From contig SVMX01000008.1 of assembly GCA_015067175.1 (NCBI GenBank), positions 1,888-65,887 of the forward strand: a stretch of DNA of 64,000 nt. Reading direction: 5' to 3'. The stretch's first letter is position 1; each line of letters begins with the position of its first letter. The notes under the pieces were generated by a model. That model was not told the DNA's origin and made no database searches. It worked only from the letters and a program-made list of their open reading frames with translations. The position numbers and the translations under genes are program-made. This stretch comes from Oscillospiraceae bacterium. Lineage in GTDB: Bacteria; Bacillota; Clostridia; Oscillospirales; Ruminococcaceae. This document shows, piece after piece, positions 38,271 through 48,298 of the stretch.

Positions 38271-40211
38271 TTATCTTGTTTTCTCGGCATTTTCCTTGAT
38301 TATCTTCGCAATAACGTCCTCAAGCGGAGATACGCCAAGATCGCCGTCCTTTCTGGAGCGCAGTGCAACGCTGTTTGCCTCTACCTCGTTGTCGCCAACG
38401 ATGAAGAAGTAAGGGATCTTCTCGATCTGTGCCTGACGGATCTTCCAGCCAATCTTTTCGTTTCTGTTGTCAACAGATGTACGGATACCCATATTTTCAA
38501 GTCTGTCGGAGATGCCCTCTGCGTATTCCTTAGCTCTGTCAGTGATGGGAAGAATACGAACCTGCTCGGGTGCCATCCACAGAGGAAGTGCGCCGGCGTA
38601 CTTTTCAAGCAGATATGCAAGTGTTCTCTCGTAGCAGCCCAGCGATGTGCGGTGAATGATATAGGGGCGCTTCTTTGTGCCGTCTACGTCCACATATTCC
38701 ATGCCGAACTTTTCAGCAAGCAGCATGTCTATCTGGATAGTTACAAGCGTATCCTCCTTGCCGAATACGTTCTTGTACTGGATATCGAGCTTCGGGCCAT
38801 AGAATGCAGCCTCGTCGATACCAACGGAGTATTCAACGCCGAGGTTGTCGAGTATCTTCTTCATTGTTGCCTGTGCAGTTTCCCACTGCTCCGCCGTGCC
38901 CTCATACTTGTTCTTGGGGTTAGCGGGATCCCACTGCGAGAAGCGGAATGTGCAGTCCTCAAGCAGACCAACAGTGCCGAGGAAATACTTCGCAAGCTCA
39001 AGGCACTGCTTGAACTCCTCCTCAAGCTGCTCGGGACGGAGAATGTAGTGACCCTCGGAGATCGTGAACTGTCTGACTCTGATAAGACCGTGCATCTCAC
39101 CGCTGTCCTCGTTGCGGAACAGTGTAGATGTTTCAGTCAGTCGCATGGGAAGATCACGATAGCTGCGCTGTCTGTTCAGGAATACTTGGTACTGGAACGG
39201 ACAGGTCATGGGACGCATCGCAAAGCATTCCTTAGTTTCATCATAAGGATCGCCCAGAACGAACATTCCGTCAAGATAGTGATCCCAGTGACCGCTTATC
39301 TTATACAGATCTCTCTTTGCCATAAGCGGAGTTTTTGTCAGCAGACAGCCGTTCTTATATTCAACGTCCTCTACCCAACGCTGCAGTATCTGAACTACCT
39401 TGGAACCTTTCGGCAGCAGCACGGGCAGACCCTGACCGATGCAATCAACAGTTGTGAAATATTCAAGCTCGCGTCCGATCTTGTTGTGGTCGCGCTTTTT
39501 AGCCTCCTCAACCGCTGTGAGGTAAGCGTTCAGCTCGTCCTTTGTGGGGAACGCTGTGCCGTAGATACGGGTAAGCATCTTGTTCTTTTCGCTGCCGCGC
39601 CAATAAGCGCCTGTTGCAGATGTAAGCTTGAACGCCTTGATGGGCGATGTGGACATCATGTGAGGACCTGCACACAGGTCAGTGAAATCGCCCTGTCTGA
39701 AGAAGCTGATAGGCTCGCCCTTGTCTGCGTGCTCCTTGCAAAGCTCGACCTTGTAGATCTCGCCCTGCTCCTCCAGATACTTTATAGCCTCGTCGGGAGC
39801 CATTGTGAACTGCTCAAGTCTGATAGCTTCCTTGACGATCTTTTTCATTTCAGCCTCGATCTTGGGGAGCGCGTCTGCGTTGATAGGCTCTTCAAAATCG
39901 AAATCGTAGTAAAAGCCGTTGTCGATAGCGGGACCGATAGCAAGCTTTGTGTTTGGATACAGTCTTTTTACAGCCTGCGCCAGAATGTGGGAAGCTGTGT
40001 GGTTGAAGCAGCGCTTGCCCTGCTCGTCCGCGAATGTGATGAACTTCACGGTGCAGTCCTTGTCGATAACTGTGCGCAGATCGCACACATTGCCGTCGAT
40101 CTCTGCAAGACACGCTGTCTTTGCTTCGCCGACCTCTCTTGCAACATCAAATGCAAGAAGTCCTGCCTCAAATTCCTTTGCTTCGCCGTTTGCCATTGTT
40201 ACTTTTATCAT
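38271..40211 (-). CDS. thrS: Threonine--tRNA ligase
   Basis: TGS domain, HTASH, DLCAGPH, GAYWRG, RDH.KIG, RPMTCP, RVRQF, IHR. ATG 40211 fits the RBS spacing (alternative 40220). Confidence 0.97.
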   Translation of the reverse strand: MIKVTMANGEAKEFEAGLLAFDVAREVGEAKTACLAEIDGNVCDLRTVIDKDCTVKFITFADEQGKRCFNHTASHILAQAVKRLYPNTKLAIGPAIDNGFYYDFDFEEPINADALPKIEAEMKKIVKEAIRLEQFTMAPDEAIKYLEEQGEIYKVELCKEHADKGEPISFFRQGDFTDLCAGPHMMSTSPIKAFKLTSATGAYWRGSEKNKMLTRIYGTAFPTKDELNAYLTAVEEAKKRDHNKIGRELEYFTTVDCIGQGLPVLLPKGSKVVQILQRWVEDVEYKNGCLLTKTPLMAKRDLYKISGHWDHYLDGMFVLGDPYDETKECFAMRPMTCPFQYQVFLNRQRSYRDLPMRLTETSTLFRNEDSGEMHGLIRVRQFTISEGHYILRPEQLEEEFKQCLELAKYFLGTVGLLEDCTFRFSQWDPANPKNKYEGTAEQWETAQATMKKILDNLGVEYSVGIDEAAFYGPKLDIQYKNVFGKEDTLVTIQIDMLLAEKFGMEYVDVDGTKKRPYIIHRTSLGCYERTLAYLLEKYAGALPLWMAPEQVRILPITDRAKEYAEGISDRLENMGIRTSVDNRNEKIGWKIRQAQIEKIPYFFIVGDNEVEANSVALRSRKDGDLGVSPLEDVIAKIIKENAEKTR

Positions 40212-40228
40212 TGTGAACATCCTTTCCT

Positions 40229-40402
40229 AACAGGGCTGAACAAATGCCCCGCCGTTCAATATTTTTCACCTATAGCCTCACAAATGCGGCCTAAGATGAA
40301 ATTGTTTTATCACCGCATAACGGACATGGTCTGTCATAAGCCGCCCGCATACATACAGGTATGCCGCAGCAGCTCACTTCTCGCCGCCGTTTTTTACGGT
40401 TA
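40229..40402 (-). promoter_or_regulatory. Long structured thrS 5' leader with UGU-loop hairpins and no T-box
   Basis: Hairpins at 40229-40256, 40264-40301 and about 40340-40370; no GGTGGNACC T-box and no U-tail terminator seen. Confidence 0.5.
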
Positions 40403-40408
40403 TCTTAT

Positions 40409-40437
40409 ATTGTACTACTATTTATAATAAAAGTCAA
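40409..40437 (-). promoter_or_regulatory. Sigma-A promoter of thrS
   Basis: TTGACT-17 nt-TACAAT on the minus strand. Confidence 0.7.
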
Positions 40438-40577
40438 GCCAAAAACCACGCAAAGCCTTAAATTACAGGTTTTTTGTCAGAAAATCGAAACGCAACGCAC
40501 ACTCAGCCATCAAACCTTGACTTAAACTGCGGTGTTGTGGTAGAATATGTTATCAGACACCGAAAGGAGCAACGTTT

Positions 40578-41297
40578 ATGGCACTATTTGATAAGAAAAA
40601 AGCTGAGCCTGCGGCAGAGGATCATTATGAGGGCGATCTTGTGTACGGAGTCAGACATGGCAGAGGCACGATGATATTCAAAAGCGGAAATGTATACAAG
40701 GGTGATTGGCGAGACGGAAATATGCACGGGCTTGGCGAATTTACTTTCACCACGACAGGAGATCACTATGTCGGAGAGATGACTAACGGAAAGCTCGGCG
40801 GCTATGGACGAATGAAATTCCACTCAGGTCATATATTTGAGGGCTTTTATGTCGATGGAAAGCGCAACGGCAGAGGCTCGCTCACCTGCTCCGATGGCAG
40901 ACGCTTCGAGGGCGAGTGGATAAACGATAAGCTCAACGGCATGGGAATACTGTGGTACACCGACGGCAGAATATTCCGCGGTATGTATGTTGACGGCAAT
41001 GCTTTTGACGGCTTCACCAGCACGAAAGATAAAGACGGTTTTTGGAAGCAGGTGCGCTATGTAAGACCCGAGCTTGAAAATATCGGAGGCTATGAGGTAG
41101 TGCTTACATCTTTCCCCGATGACAAAAAGATAGCGGTAATAAAAGAGGTCAGAGAGATAACAGGCTACGGTCTTGCGCTTGCGAAGGAGATAACCGAAAA
41201 CGCTCCGCAATGGCTCAAAAAGGGGCTTAAGCTTGAAGAAGCTGTTGAGCTAAAAAGACGCCTTGAAACAGTCGGCGCCGAAGCTGAAGTAAAATAA
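40578..41297 (+). CDS. MORN-repeat protein fused to a ribosomal L7/L12 C-terminal domain
   Basis: About 5-6 repeats of Y.G.W..G..HG.G; C-terminal [28 protein letters not shown]...GAEAEVK. Confidence 0.85.
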   Translation: MALFDKKKAEPAAEDHYEGDLVYGVRHGRGTMIFKSGNVYKGDWRDGNMHGLGEFTFTTTGDHYVGEMTNGKLGGYGRMKFHSGHIFEGFYVDGKRNGRGSLTCSDGRRFEGEWINDKLNGMGILWYTDGRIFRGMYVDGNAFDGFTSTKDKDGFWKQVRYVRPELENIGGYEVVLTSFPDDKKIAVIKEVREITGYGLALAKEITENAPQWLKKGLKLEEAVELKRRLETVGAEAEVK

Positions 41298-41485
41298 CTC
41301 CCAAAACGTTCATTTAGGTATGATTTTGTGTGAAATTGTTGCATTGGCAGGCTTTTGGGTATTGACTATTTCGGCAAAATATATTATAATAGATAATTGG
41401 TATAGACTGAGGTTTTATCGTCTTTTTTAGATTTACAGCCTTGTCTTGAATAAACGGCGGCTTCGCCGAGCAATTTTGAAACGGA

Positions 41486-43846
41486 GTGAAACAATTGAAA
41501 AGCAGAATAACCAAACCCGTTTTCTTTATTGTCGCTATCCTGATACTTGTGTTCACATTCTTCTCCACCGCGGGACTCAGCACCCGTTACGGTGACACAG
41601 AGCAGCACATCATCTGGGGAATCGACGATATCAGATGGGGAATCGATATCCGCGGCGGCGTAAACGTATCGTTCGGCGTTCCCGCAGATTATGCCGCAAA
41701 CAATGAGATCACCGACAATGATCTTGAGGCGGCAAAGTCGATAATCGAAACACGTCTTGTTGACAAAAACATCAACGACTATGAGGTGTATCTGGATAAC
41801 ACCACACACACCATCATCGTGCGTTTCCCTTGGCAGGCAGACGACGAGAGCTTTGATCCCGAGGCTGCCGTAAAGGAGATCGGCGAAACAGCGCTGCTCA
41901 CCTTCCGCGAGGGCTATGAGATAGACGAAAACGGTCTTCCCACAGGCGAAACAGAAAAGATCGTTCTTCAGGGTACAGACGTAGATCAGGCTTATGTCGG
42001 ATACGACCAGGAGTCCAACCAGTATTACGTTGGTCTTGACCTTACCGATGCAGGCGGACAAGCCTTCGCCGAGGCTACAGGCAGACTTGTTGGCAATCAG
42101 ATCTCCATCTGGATGGACGATATCTGTATTTCCGCTCCCAACGTTAAGCAGCAGATAAGTGGCGGTACAGCACAGATCACCTCCCCCGAATACAGCGATT
42201 ATCAGCCCGCGCTTGACCTTGCAAACAAGATCAACGGCGGTTCGCTCCCCTTCAAGCTTGAGATAGAGAATCTTTCCACAATTTCTCCTATCCTCGGTAT
42301 GGGCGCACGTGACGCAATGGCTATTGCAGGACTTATCGCATTCATCGTTATCGCAATATTCATGATAGCTTACTACCGTCTGACAGGCTTTGTCGCAGTT
42401 ATTGCGCTTATTGGTCAGATAGCAGGTATGTTTGCTGCAACAACAGGATTCTTCTCATTCAACGACGCTTCTACCCTCACCATTCCCGGTATCGCAGGTA
42501 TTATCCTTTCTATCGGTATGGGTGTTGACGCGAACGTTATCTCGGGTGAGCGTATCCGTGAGGAGCTCAGAGCAGGCAGAACCATCGACGGCGCACTTCA
42601 GAACGGCTTTGAGCGCGGCTTCGGAGCTATCCTCGACGGTAATGTTACAGTTATCATCGTTGCCGTTATCCTTATGGCAGTGTTCGGCAACTGGTTCGGC
42701 GTTACTACCGACGCAACCATATTCTCGTTCGGCTTCACGCTGCTCGCAGGTATCATTATGAACTTCGTAATGGGCTGCTGGGCAACAAGACTTATGACAA
42801 TATCCCTTTCCAAGTTCAAGATCTTCAGAAAGCCTTGGCTTTACGGCGGCGCAAGAGGCGCAGCTGCTGCGGCTGTCGCAGAGCGCGGCAAGGACACCGT
42901 TAAGATGTTGGACGTAAAGTGCAAAACGCATATTGATTTCGTTAAGAAAACAAAGGTGTTCGCAATAATTTCAGGCACTATCCTTCTCGTAACACTGGTA
43001 TTCTCCTTTGTTCAGGGTCCCGAGATCGATATCCGCTTCAAGGGCGGTACAATGGTTACCTACAGCTACACAGGCGATGTTGACACCAACGATATCGCTG
43101 AAACTGTAAAGGCTCTCGGCACTCCCACTCCCACTGTAACAACAGGTACAAGCTTCACAGGCGACCTCAACACTATCGTTATCTCGTTCGTTGCTGACGA
43201 AAAAATGGACGACGATATGCTCGCAAAGATAGGCGACACACTGCAGGCAACCTATCCCGACAATCAGATAGAGAATATCGACACCACAAACGTAAGTGCG
43301 TCCTCGGGTTCGAGATTCGTTGTAAACTGCGTTGTGGCAGTTGCAATTGCATTCGTGCTTCTGGTTATCTATATCGCTCTGCGATTCAAGAACATCGGCG
43401 GCTGGTCCTCTGGCGTTATCGCAATCATCTGTCTGCTTCACGACGTTTCGATAGCATACGCTGTATACCTGTTCAGCGGAATGCCGCTTGACGCAAACTT
43501 CATGGCAGTTGTGCTCACACTGCTGGGCTACTCCATCAACAACACCATCATCATCTACGACCGTCTGCGTGAAAACCGCGCAAGATACGGCTCTATGAAC
43601 GACCGCGAGCTGGTTAACCTCAGTATCAACCAGACGCTGTCGCGTTCCATCATCACAACAGTTACAGCAGCTTCCTCAATGGTAGTTGTATGTATCGTAT
43701 GCTGGCTTATGGGCGTAACCTCCATCATCTCCTTTGCAACACCTCTGGCTATCGGTATGGGCGTAGGCTTCTACTCCTCCGTGTGCCTTGCAGGCCCGCT
43801 GTGGATCTGGTGGACAAGCAGAAAGAGCCACAAAAAAAGAGCTTGA
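41486..43846 (+). CDS. secDF: Fused protein translocase SecDF
   Basis: GIDIRGG, GSLP, SIGMGVDANV..ERIREE, IRFKGG, LHD, GYSINNTIIIYDR.REN. Start is GTG 41486 or TTG 41495. Confidence 0.95.
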   Translation: MKQLKSRITKPVFFIVAILILVFTFFSTAGLSTRYGDTEQHIIWGIDDIRWGIDIRGGVNVSFGVPADYAANNEITDNDLEAAKSIIETRLVDKNINDYEVYLDNTTHTIIVRFPWQADDESFDPEAAVKEIGETALLTFREGYEIDENGLPTGETEKIVLQGTDVDQAYVGYDQESNQYYVGLDLTDAGGQAFAEATGRLVGNQISIWMDDICISAPNVKQQISGGTAQITSPEYSDYQPALDLANKINGGSLPFKLEIENLSTISPILGMGARDAMAIAGLIAFIVIAIFMIAYYRLTGFVAVIALIGQIAGMFAATTGFFSFNDASTLTIPGIAGIILSIGMGVDANVISGERIREELRAGRTIDGALQNGFERGFGAILDGNVTVIIVAVILMAVFGNWFGVTTDATIFSFGFTLLAGIIMNFVMGCWATRLMTISLSKFKIFRKPWLYGGARGAAAAAVAERGKDTVKMLDVKCKTHIDFVKKTKVFAIISGTILLVTLVFSFVQGPEIDIRFKGGTMVTYSYTGDVDTNDIAETVKALGTPTPTVTTGTSFTGDLNTIVISFVADEKMDDDMLAKIGDTLQATYPDNQIENIDTTNVSASSGSRFVVNCVVAVAIAFVLLVIYIALRFKNIGGWSSGVIAIICLLHDVSIAYAVYLFSGMPLDANFMAVVLTLLGYSINNTIIIYDRLRENRARYGSMNDRELVNLSINQTLSRSIITTVTAASSMVVVCIVCWLMGVTSIISFATPLAIGMGVGFYSSVCLAGPLWIWWTSRKSHKKRA

Positions 43847-43957
43847 TTTGCTTTAACTGACATAACAAGACCCGTTTTCGACACTGTATCGAAAGCGGGT
43901 CTTTCACGTTAAACAAAAGTGCCGCTCCAACGATTTTTGAAGCAGCACTATATGAAA

Positions 43958-44353
43958 TCAACGAATTATTGTTGCTATCCATGCAAGCGCATCGTCCTCG
44001 GTCTTGAAATGACCCTCCTGAAAGGCTGAATGCGACTGCTTCTGATGGGTCTTGGCTTGTGCCGCGGTAAAAATAGCGCTTCCGTCAACAAAAGCTATTG
44101 CCTTGCAGTTTGCTGCAGCAAGCTCCTTATGAAGATTTACAAGCTCCTGGCTTACATCGGGAGAAACAGGCGGCATATGGCTTATATCACATATGTATGC
44201 CCACCCCGTGCTTTTCCAAGCTGCAGCAGAAGAAACCAGCGTTTTTGTCAGCCATTTGATTTCCTCAACATTTGTGTGTCCTACCGCTGAAGATTTAACT
44301 GCGTGCTTATCCATATACACCTGTACTGTCTGCGCGCCATGCGTCATGCTCAT
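43958..44353 (-). CDS. Hypothetical protein, STAS/SpoIIAA-like
   Basis: ICDIS..PP, IAFV, F.T.DDA.AWI pattern; AAGGAG RBS. Confidence 0.6.
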   Translation of the reverse strand: MSMTHGAQTVQVYMDKHAVKSSAVGHTNVEEIKWLTKTLVSSAAAWKSTGWAYICDISHMPPVSPDVSQELVNLHKELAAANCKAIAFVDGSAIFTAAQAKTHQKQSHSAFQEGHFKTEDDALAWIATIIR

Positions 44354-44493
44354 AAAGATCAACTCCTTTTCTGTTTGTCAAAACCATTGTCTTAACTTAT
44401 TACAATTATATCACAGAGTTTCAAAAAATACAATAGATTTTAACTAAGTGTATTATTTTTGGCAATTATGCACAAAATCACTATAGACAAAAA

Positions 44494-44520
44494 CGCTCCA
44501 CCTTTAGTAAGGTGGAGCGA
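44494..44520 (-). terminator. Terminator after purL
   Basis: CGCTCCACCTT / AAGGTGGAGCG with a T-run on the minus strand. Confidence 0.7.
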
Positions 44521-44538
44521 AATTTGTTATTATAAAAA

Positions 44539-47500
44539 TTATCCGCGGAAGTAGTCAACGCCGCCCTTGAACAGAAGCTGTTCCTTGTTGCCGTCAACAT
44601 TCTTGCAGCAGTTGGGTGTAAGACGCTCTGTATGGCCCATCTTACCAAGCACACGGCCATCAGGAGAGATGATACCCTCGATAGCGTACATGGAGCTGTT
44701 GGGGTTGTACGCAACGTCCATTGTGGGGTTGCCCTTGAGGTCAACATACTGAGTTGCAACCTGACCGTTTGCAATAAGCTCCTTGATAACAGCCTCGGGA
44801 GCTACGAAACGTCCCTCGCCGTGAGATATCGGGATATTGTGCAGATCGCCGACCTTTGTATGCATCAGCCAAGGAGACTTGTTTGTGCATATTCTTGTCA
44901 TAGTAAGCTGCGACTGGTGACGTCCGATGGAGTTGTATGTCAGAGTGGGGCTTTCTTCGGTCAGAGGAACTATCTTACCGAAAGGCACAAGACCCAGCTT
45001 GATAAGTGCCTGGAAACCGTTGCAGATACCGATCATCAGACCGTCACGGGTGTAGAGCATCTCCTCTACAGCCTCCTTAACGGCAGGATTGCGGAAGAAT
45101 GCATTTATAAACTTAGCAGAACCCTCAGGCTCGTCACCGCCCGAGAAGCCGCCGGGGATCGCGATCATCTGCGACTGCTTGATGAGGCGTGTGAACTCTG
45201 CAACGCTCTCCTCCATATCGTTTGCGGAGAGGTTTCTGATAACGAATATCTCGCTGTCGCCGCCGTAACGGTTGAATGCGTTAGCCATATCGTATTCGCA
45301 GTTTGTGCCGGGGAATACAGGGATAAGCACCTTGGGCTTTGCAATCTTGGGGCAGGTGTGAGTTTCGAGAAGCTCACAGCCCTTATCGTATGCAATAACC
45401 TCGGGAGCGGGCATTTCGGGAAGCTGTGCCTTGAAGATAGGCTCCAGAACATCGTTCCACTTCTTTTCGAGGGAAGCAATATCAAGCTTTACGCCGCCGC
45501 AGGTGATCTCATACTCAGTAACGGTTTCGCCGATGGTGCGGATACCGTCGATATCCTCGGTCATTTCAAGCACGAATGCGCCGTATACAGGTGTGAACAG
45601 CTCGTCATCTGTCAGGTCAACAAGCTTTGCGCCGACATGGTTGCCGAGAGTCATCTTGAACACGCCCTCTGCAAGACCGCCGTTTGCAACAGACCATGCG
45701 GACATGATCTTCTTTTCCTTGATAAGCTTTGTTATCTTTCTGAATACAGCCTTAACGCTGTCGAAGTTCGGCAGACCGTTCTCGTCGTATTCGGGAGCGA
45801 TATAGCCGATCTTGCTGAAAGGACACTTAAACTCAGCGGAGATGATATCCTCTGCCTTTGCTGTGGAAACTGCGAAAGAAACCAGTGTGGGAGGTACATC
45901 GATATCTTCAAATGTACCGCTCATGGAGTCCTTGCCGCCAATAGCGCCGCAGCCCATTTCAAGCTGTGCCTTGTAAGCACCGAGCAGTGCGGAGAAAGGC
46001 TTGCCCCAACGCTCTGCCTTGCCCTGTGTTCTCTCAAAGTATTCCTGGAAGGTCAGCCAGCACTTCTCGCTGTCGCCGCCTGCAGCAACTACCTTTGCAA
46101 TACTCTCAACTACTGCGCATACAGCACCGTGGTAGGGAGACTGTGTGGAGATAGCAGGATTGAAGCCCCAGCCCATGATAGAAGCTGTGCTTGTTGTAGC
46201 GTTTATCATCGGGATCTTTGCAGCCATAGCCTGAACGGGTGTCTGCTGTGTTCTTCCCGAGAACGGCATAAGAACCGTTGCGCCGCCGATCGTGGAGTCA
46301 AAGCGCTGTACAAGACCTCTCTGAGAGCATACGTTGAGGTCTGTCACAAGGCTCTCCCAATCCTTTGCGGCGTTGGTTCTGCCTGTGGAGTAGGATACAT
46401 TTACAGCGGGAACAGCAACTGTTGTGTGCTTTTCTGCGCCGTTGGAGTTAAGGAAATCTCTGCTGATGTCACAGATAGTCTTTCCGTTCCAGTTCATACG
46501 GAGTCTTGCCTCTGCCTTTACGACCGCAACAGGTGTGGATTCAAGGTTTTCCTTGGAAGCAAGCGCACGGAACTTGTCAGCGTCCTCAGCAGCAACTACG
46601 ACCGCCATTCTCTCCTGAGATTCGGAGATAGCAAGCTCTGTGCCGTCAAGACCGTCATACTTCTTCGGAACAGCGTTGAGGTCTATCTCAAGACCGTCAG
46701 CAAGCTCACCGATAGCAACCGAAACGCCGCCTGCGCCGAAGTCGTTGCAGCGCTTGATAAGACGTGTAGCCTCGGGGTTTCTGAACAGGCGCTGAAGCTT
46801 TCTCTCCTCGGGCGCATTACCTTTCTGTACCTCTGCACCGCAGCTTTCAAGGGACTGCACGCTGTGGGACTTGGAAGAGCCTGTAGCGCCGCCGCAGCCG
46901 TCACGTCCGGTGCGTCCGCCGAGCAGGATTATCACATCACCGGGAGCGGGACGCTCGCGGCGTACATTCTCGATGGGAGCAGCACCTACAACAGCGCCGA
47001 TCTCCATACGCTTAGCCATATAGCCGGGGTGGTATATCTCTGCAACGTGACCTGTTGCAAGACCGATCTGGTTGCCGTAGCTGGAGTAGCCTGCGGCAGC
47101 AGTCGTTGTTATCTTTCTGGGGGGCAGCTTGCCCTTGATGGTCTTTTCAACGGGTAGCAACGGATCGGAAGCGCCTGTTACACGCATTGCCTGATATACA
47201 TAGGAACGTCCCGAAAGCGGGTCGCGGATAGCGCCGCCAAGACAGGTTGCCGCACCGCCGAAAGGCTCGATCTCGGTGGGGTGGTTGTGAGTTTCGTTTT
47301 TGAACATCAGCAGCCACTCTTCGTCCTTGCCGTCAACGTCAACTGTGATCTTTACAGAGCAAGCATTGATCTCCTCAGACTCGTCGAGGTCGTTAAGCTT
47401 GCCGTCAGCCTTAAGCTTCTTTGCAGCGAGAGTTGCAATATCCATCAGGCAGATGGGCTTGTTTCCTCTGCCAAGCTCCTCACGGTCAGCCTTGTACTCT

Positions 47501-48246
47501 GCGTATGTATCGGCAATGTACTTGGGCGCGATATCAGCATTGTCGATGATAGTGCCGAATGTGGTGTGACGGCAATGGTCAGACCAATAGGTGTCTATCA
47601 TGCGTATCTCTGTGATGGTGGGATTTCTGTTTTCGCTCTTGAAATAATCCTGACAGAACTTGATGTCGTCGTTATCCATTGCAAGACCGTACTTCACAAC
47701 GAAATCGGCAAGCTCTGCGTCGGTCTTGTCGATAAATCCATCAAGAGTTTCAACGCTTGTGGGGATATCATACTGCACCTCAAGCGTCTGATACTCCTCA
47801 AAGCCGCACTCTCTGGACTCAACGGCATTGATGAGGTAGTGCTTTATCTTGTCGAACTCTTCATCGGTAATCTTGCCCTTTAAAATGTATATCTTAGCAT
47901 ACTTTACAACAGGTCTGTCACCCTTGCACAGCATCTGGATACACTGAGCCGCGGAATCCGCACGCTGGTCAAACTGACCGGGCAGAAATTCCACTGCGAA
48001 CATACGCTCGTCAGTGCCGAGCGCGGGAAGCTGCTCGAACACCTCGTCAACGGGCGGCTCCGAAAATACTGTCGGGATAGCCTTGTCAAAATTCTCCTTG
48101 GGAAGCTTCTCAGCGTCATAACGGTTGATGATGCGCACATCTTCAACCGACTTTATGCCGAGCGCAACGGTAAGGTCGGAGAGAGTTGCCTTGCCGTCAA
48201 CCGCAAACTGCGGCTTCTTCTCCACATAGATACGATAAACTGCCAT
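44539..48246 (-). CDS. purL: Phosphoribosylformylglycinamidine synthase (large fused type)
   Basis: WSDHCRH, KNETHNHPT, DFGAGG, SESQERM, GGKDSMS, GICNGFQ, SHGEG. Confidence 0.96.
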   Translation of the reverse strand: MAVYRIYVEKKPQFAVDGKATLSDLTVALGIKSVEDVRIINRYDAEKLPKENFDKAIPTVFSEPPVDEVFEQLPALGTDERMFAVEFLPGQFDQRADSAAQCIQMLCKGDRPVVKYAKIYILKGKITDEEFDKIKHYLINAVESRECGFEEYQTLEVQYDIPTSVETLDGFIDKTDAELADFVVKYGLAMDNDDIKFCQDYFKSENRNPTITEIRMIDTYWSDHCRHTTFGTIIDNADIAPKYIADTYAEYKADREELGRGNKPICLMDIATLAAKKLKADGKLNDLDESEEINACSVKITVDVDGKDEEWLLMFKNETHNHPTEIEPFGGAATCLGGAIRDPLSGRSYVYQAMRVTGASDPLLPVEKTIKGKLPPRKITTTAAAGYSSYGNQIGLATGHVAEIYHPGYMAKRMEIGAVVGAAPIENVRRERPAPGDVIILLGGRTGRDGCGGATGSSKSHSVQSLESCGAEVQKGNAPEERKLQRLFRNPEATRLIKRCNDFGAGGVSVAIGELADGLEIDLNAVPKKYDGLDGTELAISESQERMAVVVAAEDADKFRALASKENLESTPVAVVKAEARLRMNWNGKTICDISRDFLNSNGAEKHTTVAVPAVNVSYSTGRTNAAKDWESLVTDLNVCSQRGLVQRFDSTIGGATVLMPFSGRTQQTPVQAMAAKIPMINATTSTASIMGWGFNPAISTQSPYHGAVCAVVESIAKVVAAGGDSEKCWLTFQEYFERTQGKAERWGKPFSALLGAYKAQLEMGCGAIGGKDSMSGTFEDIDVPPTLVSFAVSTAKAEDIISAEFKCPFSKIGYIAPEYDENGLPNFDSVKAVFRKITKLIKEKKIMSAWSVANGGLAEGVFKMTLGNHVGAKLVDLTDDELFTPVYGAFVLEMTEDIDGIRTIGETVTEYEITCGGVKLDIASLEKKWNDVLEPIFKAQLPEMPAPEVIAYDKGCELLETHTCPKIAKPKVLIPVFPGTNCEYDMANAFNRYGGDSEIFVIRNLSANDMEESVAEFTRLIKQSQMIAIPGGFSGGDEPEGSAKFINAFFRNPAVKEAVEEMLYTRDGLMIGICNGFQALIKLGLVPFGKIVPLTEESPTLTYNSIGRHQSQLTMTRICTNKSPWLMHTKVGDLHNIPISHGEGRFVAPEAVIKELIANGQVATQYVDLKGNPTMDVAYNPNSSMYAIEGIISPDGRVLGKMGHTERLTPNCCKNVDGNKEQLLFKGGVDYFRG

Positions 48247-48298
48247 TTTTTGTTTCCTCCTGATGTTCTTTTATAGAAATGGATATTCCATAAAAATA

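Noticed and set aside
40221-40410. T-box riboswitch expected upstream of thrS
   Set aside because: No GGTGGNACC box, no recognisable stem I motifs and no U-tailed terminator found by eye.
6400-44480. Recurring TGTG-AT-rich-CAA motifs in intergenic regions (near 6467, 9372, 34294, 41327, 44460)
   Set aside because: Too degenerate and AT-rich to separate from background without statistics.
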